Virus record (IMG/VR): IMGVR_UViG_3300045988_159775
DNA: 64,000 bases
Reading direction: 5' to 3' (one strand)
From: a virus
Shown here: in pieces, positions 1 to 5,560 of the stretch
Position numbering within the stretch: position 1 is the stretch's first letter
Layout: the number at the start of each line of letters is the position of its first letter
Program-made: the position numbers and the translations under genes
Notes under the pieces: generated by a model
The model's input: the letters and a program-made list of their open reading frames with translations, nothing else
What the model was told of the DNA's origin: nothing
Databases searched by the model: none

Positions 1-74
1 CTTTCATCCTCGTCTTTAACAATATCCCCAACACGGAAATATTTCCAATAATTATTATTGCTACTTTCTTTCAT
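1..74 (-). CDS. 5' end of a CDS that runs off the window start (hypothetical protein)
   Basis: ATG at 72-74 (minus) opens MKESSNNNYWKYFRVGDIVKDEDE with no stop before position 1; only 24 codons are visible. Confidence 0.25.
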   Translation of the reverse strand, partial: MKESSNNNYWKYFRVGDIVKDEDE

Positions 75-107
75 GATTAAATAAACGTTGATATTTATAT
101 TAACTAT

Positions 108-156
108 GGAAAGAAAAATAAATCCCGTTTTAAATCTTCACAGATTAACGGGATTT
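108..156 (-). terminator. Rho-independent terminator candidate downstream of 219..845
   Basis: Inverted repeat AAATCCCGTT / AACGGGATTT (119-129, 147-156), followed on the minus strand by ATTTTTCTTT. Confidence 0.55.
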
Positions 157-218
157 TCGGGTTACATAAAATGGTTAAGTAAGCATAAAAAGAATCATAC
201 AAAATATATCTGGAATTC

Positions 219-845
219 TTATAGTCTAAATGTTGCTAACTGCTTAGGAGCTAAAGCGTATTTCTTATTATCCTTGAGTTGAAGCAAAATTTCGCATGCT
301 CTTAAGTCCACAAGAATATTAGAAATGGCTCTTACTTCTTCGTTATACTTTCTTCTTGCTTCGGCTTCCTTTACACTCTTAGCAAAGTTGTATTTCTTAT
401 CTACCTTTGCAGAATGTTCTGCGGAAAGAGAACCCATTACACTTGTTTGACTACGATCATTATATTCCATTTCGTTCCACTCGTAGATTTTGTATGGTAC
501 TTCAATTCTTAAATCATCCGTCCACCATGGATTTGTACTATGTCTGGGAGCATCTCCGCAATCTTCCAAAAGATTATCCGCAGCAGTTTTCTTTTCCTCT
601 AATTGAGCATTCAATTCGGGAATAAGAATGTTTTGTACAGATTCTTTGATCTCTTTTCCGGTTTTCGTAATCTGAATATTACCGCCATATTGTATAGCGT
701 TCATAACGTCTGACTTTTCAATATCGTCAACCGTAGTTTCTTCCGCCTTTTGAATTCTTTCCTCCGTTTCACCTCCACAGACGCTGTAAATACGCTGAGA
801 ACGGACGTTCATTGCCGCGCGAATGCTTTTCATTACATCATCCAT
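219..845 (-). CDS. hypothetical protein
   Basis: 208-codon stop-free frame, co-directional and tightly packed with its neighbours; no motif recognised by eye. Confidence 0.55.
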   Translation of the reverse strand: MDDVMKSIRAAMNVRSQRIYSVCGGETEERIQKAEETTVDDIEKSDVMNAIQYGGNIQITKTGKEIKESVQNILIPELNAQLEEKKTAADNLLEDCGDAPRHSTNPWWTDDLRIEVPYKIYEWNEMEYNDRSQTSVMGSLSAEHSAKVDKKYNFAKSVKEAEARRKYNEEVRAISNILVDLRACEILLQLKDNKKYALAPKQLATFRL

Positions 846-848
846 TCT

Positions 849-1037
849 TTATTCCTCCTCTTCGGTCTTTATGTATTTAACGTACAAAATGTGAAGAATC
901 CATCCCGCAATAACTCCGCCTACGGCTACCACTAAGTTAGAAAGACTAACCCAAACTGGAGTGTAATGCATGTACAAGAGAATTCCGATAACTGCCAAAA
1001 CCGCGACAGCAATCCAAATGATAGTTTTCCTTTTCAT
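849..1037 (-). CDS. small membrane protein
   Basis: 62 aa with two hydrophobic helices (IIWIAVAVLAVIGILLY, VVAVGGVIAGWILHILY); 3-nt gap to the downstream gene. Confidence 0.5.
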   Translation of the reverse strand: MKRKTIIWIAVAVLAVIGILLYMHYTPVWVSLSNLVVAVGGVIAGWILHILYVKYIKTEEEE

Positions 1038-1046
1038 ATAAAGTCT

Positions 1047-2021
1047 CTATTTTATTAATGATCCATAAAAATCTTCCAATGTGTACAACTTATTATACTT
1101 GTACTTATCTTTGTTTTGTTTAACGTCCTCCAGCATATTCTCCAACAAACTCTTTCCATTCTCCGTCAAGTAATTCATTTCGTTATATACCGAAAGGTTC
1201 AACCAAGTCATTTTAAGGTTAAAGATAACCTTTCCCAATACTTCCTCATACGCCATCCCCGTAAAATCCGAAAACCGCGAAGCAATCCAAGTAGCCATTG
1301 TTATAAAATCTACATCTTTGGGCTCTTTATACGGGGTTATACTTTTGATAAACTTTTCAAAACCCTTATCGCCTACTCCCGGCTTAACTTTAGGTATGTT
1401 ATCTGAATTGTCTCCCATTAAGACTTTATACAAAAGAACTTCAAATGGGCGTATTGCTTTTACTTGTACGTCTGAATCAAAGTATTCATTCCAAAATACC
1501 TCCCTTTCCGGAACGCAATGCAAAGAGATATTTTTGGAATTGTTATTAAACAAAGAAACGTTAGGTGTCATTATTTGACCAATGTCAGAATCTCCCGTAA
1601 CTATTACCAATTCCTCCTCTTTTATCCAACCAAAGTATAATGACCAAACGTAAAGTAGATCATCCCCCTCAGCGCCCATGACTCTACTGACTATAATTCC
1701 TTTTTTACGTAGAAGATTCTCAAACATATCCAAACACGTCAGAAAATGCTTGTAATATGGATCTCTGACTCTCGTTAGTGCGTACTTATAATCATCATAG
1801 AAACTATATCGCCAAGACGTTGAATCTATAACGAACGCTACGCGCTCAACGTCCTTAAATCTCTTTACTGTAAAACAAAGGTCTATTATACATTTGCGCA
1901 TAAGAACTTGTTGTTTCTCTTTGTCTTGAAGAACTTCTCCAATATCTTGACCTTTGTAGTAGGTAGAGAAGATATTGAAATTGCGGTGGTACAGATAATT
2001 ACCGTCAAATAATATATTCAT
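1047..2021 (-). CDS. 5'-3' exonuclease / flap endonuclease (T4 RNase H / Pol I 5'-nuclease family)
   Basis: ILFDGNYLYHRNF at the N-terminus, acidic cluster VIVTGDSDIGQ and H3TH-like GDNSDNIPKVKPGVGDKGFEKF match the FEN motif set. Confidence 0.8.
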   Translation of the reverse strand: MNILFDGNYLYHRNFNIFSTYYKGQDIGEVLQDKEKQQVLMRKCIIDLCFTVKRFKDVERVAFVIDSTSWRYSFYDDYKYALTRVRDPYYKHFLTCLDMFENLLRKKGIIVSRVMGAEGDDLLYVWSLYFGWIKEEELVIVTGDSDIGQIMTPNVSLFNNNSKNISLHCVPEREVFWNEYFDSDVQVKAIRPFEVLLYKVLMGDNSDNIPKVKPGVGDKGFEKFIKSITPYKEPKDVDFITMATWIASRFSDFTGMAYEEVLGKVIFNLKMTWLNLSVYNEMNYLTENGKSLLENMLEDVKQNKDKYKYNKLYTLEDFYGSLIK

Positions 2022-2051
2022 TGATTACGCTTTTTGTTTTTAAGTTACTCT

Positions 2052-2092
2052 TAAAATAACCGTGGGGGAATTCCCGAAGAACTCACCCCACG
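2052..2092 (-). terminator. Rho-independent terminator candidate
   Basis: Stem CGTGGGG / CCCCACG (2061-2067, 2086-2092), followed on the minus strand by TTATTTT. Confidence 0.45.
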
Positions 2093-2119
2093 TTGCCAAA
2101 ACATAAAAATACAGAACTA

Positions 2120-2302
2120 TTAATCAAGAAATTTTACTTTGTTTATTTGTGCTTTCTTATTTTCTTCTAATTGTTTATTTATTTCCGTCTTTCTTCCGTC
2201 CTCGTATCCTGAAAAGAATGAACTGTCTAATTTCGTTCTACGTTGCTTTGAATTACTCATATTGTATTTTTTGTCTGATATACTCTTGGATTGCTTCTTC
2301 AT
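2120..2302 (-). CDS. small Lys-rich hypothetical protein
   Basis: 60-codon frame overlapping the 3' end of 2253..2927 by 50 nt; coding status uncertain. Confidence 0.3.
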   Translation of the reverse strand: MKKQSKSISDKKYNMSNSKQRRTKLDSSFFSGYEDGRKTEINKQLEENKKAQINKVKFLD

Positions 2303-2927
2303 TACGAATTGTCAAAGCGGTAACTTTATCAGAAAAGTCTTTATCATTCTTCTCGGTTGATATTTTTTCTTCCTCAAACTTATCTTCCAAACCTCTAACA
2401 CAGCCCATTAAATAGCGTCTTAAATAGGTATCCAAACCTATCGGTTCACAAGCGTATGCCTCCGTTTCCTTATGACGGTTAAATCTATTTTTGCCAAGAG
2501 CAACAAAGCGATCGCAAAGCATAAAATACATCCATTTTACAGTTTCCATGTTCTCCTTTTTACCAAAGAACATCATTTGCTTATTCTTATGATCTCCATA
2601 ATGGGCTGCTTTACAAAAGTTATATTTACAAAGAACGTCCATCAACGCAAATTCCCACTGACCTCCTATGAACTTTATTCGATAACAAGACATAATTTCC
2701 TCTTTTATTGCGTCATCTTCTTCGTCCCGTTCAATATCTCCCATGGAGAGGTTATATTCAGCAAGAAGTCTTTGTATAGCTGCCGCTGCTGCATTTGCTT
2801 CTCCCTCTGATTTGATCTTCTTCGCACCCTCGTATAACTTCATTAATTTTTGAAGTTTCCCCTTTATTTTATCTAAGTTGTCTGACATAACGCGTTCCTC
2901 CTTATAAAATTCTAATTTCTGCTCCAC
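2253..2927 (-). CDS. DUF2786-like phage protein
   Basis: KLMKLYEGAKKIKSEGEANAAAAAIQRLLAEYNL resembles the DUF2786 helical motif; the true start may be Met14 (2888), which is preceded by GGAGGAA. Confidence 0.4.
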   Translation of the reverse strand: MEQKLEFYKEERVMSDNLDKIKGKLQKLMKLYEGAKKIKSEGEANAAAAAIQRLLAEYNLSMGDIERDEEDDAIKEEIMSCYRIKFIGGQWEFALMDVLCKYNFCKAAHYGDHKNKQMMFFGKKENMETVKWMYFMLCDRFVALGKNRFNRHKETEAYACEPIGLDTYLRRYLMGCVRGLEDKFEEEKISTEKNDKDFSDKVTALTIRNEEAIQEYIRQKIQYE

Positions 2928-3191
2928 CTACTTTCTTATCACCGCAATTCAAAGTCTCGTATTTCATCGTTGTAAGATTGAATACTATTTCCAAAGTTAC
3001 GCTTCCATTCTCCGTTCTATCATAAACAGTACTGATATGACGATACATTTTGTTTTTCATTACGAATATAACGTTTTAGTTAGTATTGAATATGAACGCT
3101 GTTGCATAAGCCAATGTGTTTTCTGTTCTTACTGTTGTTTTCATAATTCTGTATTCTATTAGTTTTACAATTTGTTTTTCGATTATGAGTA

Positions 3192-3222
3192 CAAAGGTAA
3201 GGGTTTTGAGAATATCTACAAA
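3192..3222 (-). promoter_or_regulatory. Bacteroidota-type promoter (cassette copy 1)
   Basis: Minus strand reads TTTG (3219-3222), a 19-nt spacer, then TACCTTTG (3192-3199), matching the -33 TTTG / -7 TAnnTTTG consensus. About 45 nt of leader runs to the ATG at 3144. Confidence 0.6.
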
Positions 3223-3340
3223 ATTTTTCTTGGTAAATTTTTAGTTTTCCCAAAGAATTTAACTTTTGTTAAAAGAAAAGGACTACTTTCCCAAGCAATC
3301 CTTAACTAATAGAACAAAATAACAAGACTAATACATCAAA

Positions 3341-3631
3341 TTATTTTATCAAATGGAACAATAAATTATCTTGTTCTAATAACTTTGCTAATTTTTCTTC
3401 AATAGCCGTACAATAAAAGAAAGCAATCTTTATTCCCAAAGAATTCGCAGCCTTATGCCATGCTTCAGAAAGAGCCTTAAACCTTTTATCACTCGTATAT
3501 AGATCGTAGCAATTTAGGCAAATACAATAGCATTTCATATCACTATCCTTATAACAGTAAGATATAATGCCGTCTTTCATCCCGTCTACCGTCCGAAGAA
3601 TGCCTAAAAGGAAATTCTCAATCTTGTTCAT
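3341..3631 (-). CDS. hypothetical Cys-rich protein
   Basis: 96-codon frame; YCYKDSDMKCYCICLNCY cysteine cluster; no family recognised. Confidence 0.45.
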   Translation of the reverse strand: MNKIENFLLGILRTVDGMKDGIISYCYKDSDMKCYCICLNCYDLYTSDKRFKALSEAWHKAANSLGIKIAFFYCTAIEEKLAKLLEQDNLLFHLIK

Positions 3632-4208
3632 CTTTTGTAAGCATTGCTAAACGTTCTGAAAGAAGATTCAAGTGAACCTTTTCATCCGCCAAGAGTTTTG
3701 AAGTTAACTGCATTGCTACTTTCATAGTGCGGGTAAATGTACCGTTGGCGGCTTCGGTAATCTTATTTTGAATAGACTCATAGACTTTGATAGTCTTTTC
3801 TTCCGATTCAATAGCAATCTTCAAGGCTTCCTCTACGCTACCGCCTACGGCAACGGATGAGTTATTCCAACGTTGATCTATCTTGCCGCCTAACTTCCGT
3901 ATGAAATCTGAAAGTTTATCGTAGTGCTTCATTTCAGTCATACCGATACCCAACATAAGTTCGCCTACATCCTCAAACGTAGCTTCTTGGGTGACGTACA
4001 TATTTATTGCCGTAAGTTCTGAAAAATCCGTTACGCCATTATGAATACCATAGAACCATTCCGCTGGTACTCCATCGTCCGGCTTTACGCCCGTATATTC
4101 CGGATATTCAACGTTTGGGTCAGAATAACGCATAGCATTTACCAAACCATCTGTAAGATCGTCAAGTTGATTTTTACTCAACGGCTTCATTTTCGCAAAG
4201 TCTTTCAT
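3618..4208 (-). CDS. ferritin-like four-helix-bundle protein (CotJC / Mn-catalase-like)
   Basis: ELTAINMYVTQEATFEDVGELMLGIGMTEMKHYDKLSDFIRKLGG resembles the E..H metal-site helices of CotJC-type ferritin-like proteins. Confidence 0.4.
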   Translation of the reverse strand: MKDFAKMKPLSKNQLDDLTDGLVNAMRYSDPNVEYPEYTGVKPDDGVPAEWFYGIHNGVTDFSELTAINMYVTQEATFEDVGELMLGIGMTEMKHYDKLSDFIRKLGGKIDQRWNNSSVAVGGSVEEALKIAIESEEKTIKVYESIQNKITEAANGTFTRTMKVAMQLTSKLLADEKVHLNLLSERLAMLTKDEQD

Positions 4209-4218
4209 ATCTTCTTCC

Positions 4219-5307
4219 TTACTTCATTCCCGTGTGACCAAAACCTCCGTCACCGCGTTCCGTCACATCGTCAAACTCATTTACTAATTCAAAATCCGCC
4301 TTAACAACGTTTTCAACAAATACAAATTGAGCAATTCTCTCTCCTTTCTCAAAGAATACCTTTTCACTACCATGATTTATCAAAATTACGTTACATTCCC
4401 CACGATAGTCAGCATCAATCGTACCCGGTGCGTTAAGGCAAGTAATACCTTTCTTCAAAGCCAAACCGCTACGAGGACGACACTGTACTTCAACGTTCTC
4501 CGGCAGTTGCATGTAAAGTCCTGTATGAATCATGCGCCGTTCTCCCGGTTCTAATGAAAAATCCTCAGCAGCCTTTATATCCGCTCCAGAACTCTGACTT
4601 GTAGCGTAAACGGGCAATTCTCCACCCTCCTTAACAATGATTTTAATCTTAACCGTTTTACGGGATTCATGAAAGTTTTCAACGAAAATTTGATTAAACT
4701 GATCGACTGTAGGACGGTATAACAAATCAGTTAACTTTTCAATATCTCCTCCTAAATCTTTAGCGATATTCTCAGCAAAACTCCGGAATTCGGATTCTGA
4801 TAAATTCCGTTCCCGAATCAATTTCGCCAACTCTTTTACGCCAATAGATTTTTTAACAAAATGTTGTTTGATGAGTTCTCCAGAATTTTCGTCAATCATG
4901 AAAACTGGTATATCGCGTTTGATAGCCATCCGCAATTCCGTCTCCACTCCGCCTTTAATCTCTCCAAGAAATACTGAGATACCGTCATTTTGCTCGATAT
5001 AATCAAACATATGCTCCCGATAAAAATCCAACTCGCCGCTTTTCTCCAATCCCGGATTCCAGCCGTTTTGTTCCATTTCGATATGATCGTAAAGATCGTG
5101 GAACGCTTCGTGAATAGAATTATCAAAATCATTTTCAATAACTTCTTCCTCCGACAAGAAACAATGATGTAACTCAATTGTCGTATCCTCTGAGAGATCG
5201 TCAATGTATTTTTTTAAGGCGGTTTCAAATTCTCCTACTAACTTCTTTACATCTTGATCTTTTGGGGTAAAATGTAAACTTACTACTAATTTTTTCTTCT
5301 TTTCCAT
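4219..5307 (-). CDS. dut: dUTPase fused to an N-terminal ~225-aa extra domain
   Basis: The C-terminal part carries dUTPase motifs RPRSGLA, GTIDADYRGE, RIAQ and ERGDGGFGHTG. The N-terminal part is unrelated, and FLGEIKGGVETELRMAIKRDIPVFMID is reminiscent of deoxyribosyltransferase-like folds. Confidence 0.85.
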   Translation of the reverse strand: MEKKKKLVVSLHFTPKDQDVKKLVGEFETALKKYIDDLSEDTTIELHHCFLSEEEVIENDFDNSIHEAFHDLYDHIEMEQNGWNPGLEKSGELDFYREHMFDYIEQNDGISVFLGEIKGGVETELRMAIKRDIPVFMIDENSGELIKQHFVKKSIGVKELAKLIRERNLSESEFRSFAENIAKDLGGDIEKLTDLLYRPTVDQFNQIFVENFHESRKTVKIKIIVKEGGELPVYATSQSSGADIKAAEDFSLEPGERRMIHTGLYMQLPENVEVQCRPRSGLALKKGITCLNAPGTIDADYRGECNVILINHGSEKVFFEKGERIAQFVFVENVVKADFELVNEFDDVTERGDGGFGHTGMK

Positions 5308-5350
5308 TTTTACAATTGTTAATTAATGTTACACTTTATAACGGTCTATA

Positions 5351-5502
5351 AGGGTGCATAAATACGGAATAATTAAAGTGAAAAAGATGAAAGTTAAGGT
5401 TCAATGTGTCGCTGACGCTAATGGTAAAAATGGCAATGTTCAGTGGCAATTGAAGTCTCGTTCCTAAAACTCAACCGAAATAAATTCCATATTATGCACC
5501 CT
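5351..5502. repeat. long-range imperfect inverted repeat flanking ~110 nt
   Basis: AGGGTGCATAA-aTAcGGAAT (5351-5370) pairs with ATTCCaTA-TTATGCACCCT (5484-5502); it lies in the dut-terL intergenic gap. Confidence 0.6.
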
Positions 5503-5560
5503 TTAGTACTCACTATTCGATTTCTTAATCTTCCTAAAGAATAACCTTGAGAAATATAAC

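Noticed and set aside
4896-5204. Alternative-frame or antisense ORFs nested in recognised genes (for example 4896..5204, 13468..13686, 14421..14687, 19878..20141, 25491..25682, 32806..32997, 42567..42755, 48391..48624, and most plus-strand ORFs between 88 and 62132)
   Set aside because: Each lies wholly within a longer ORF that carries clear family motifs or fits the tight co-directional gene train. AT-rich genomes throw up such shadow ORFs by chance.
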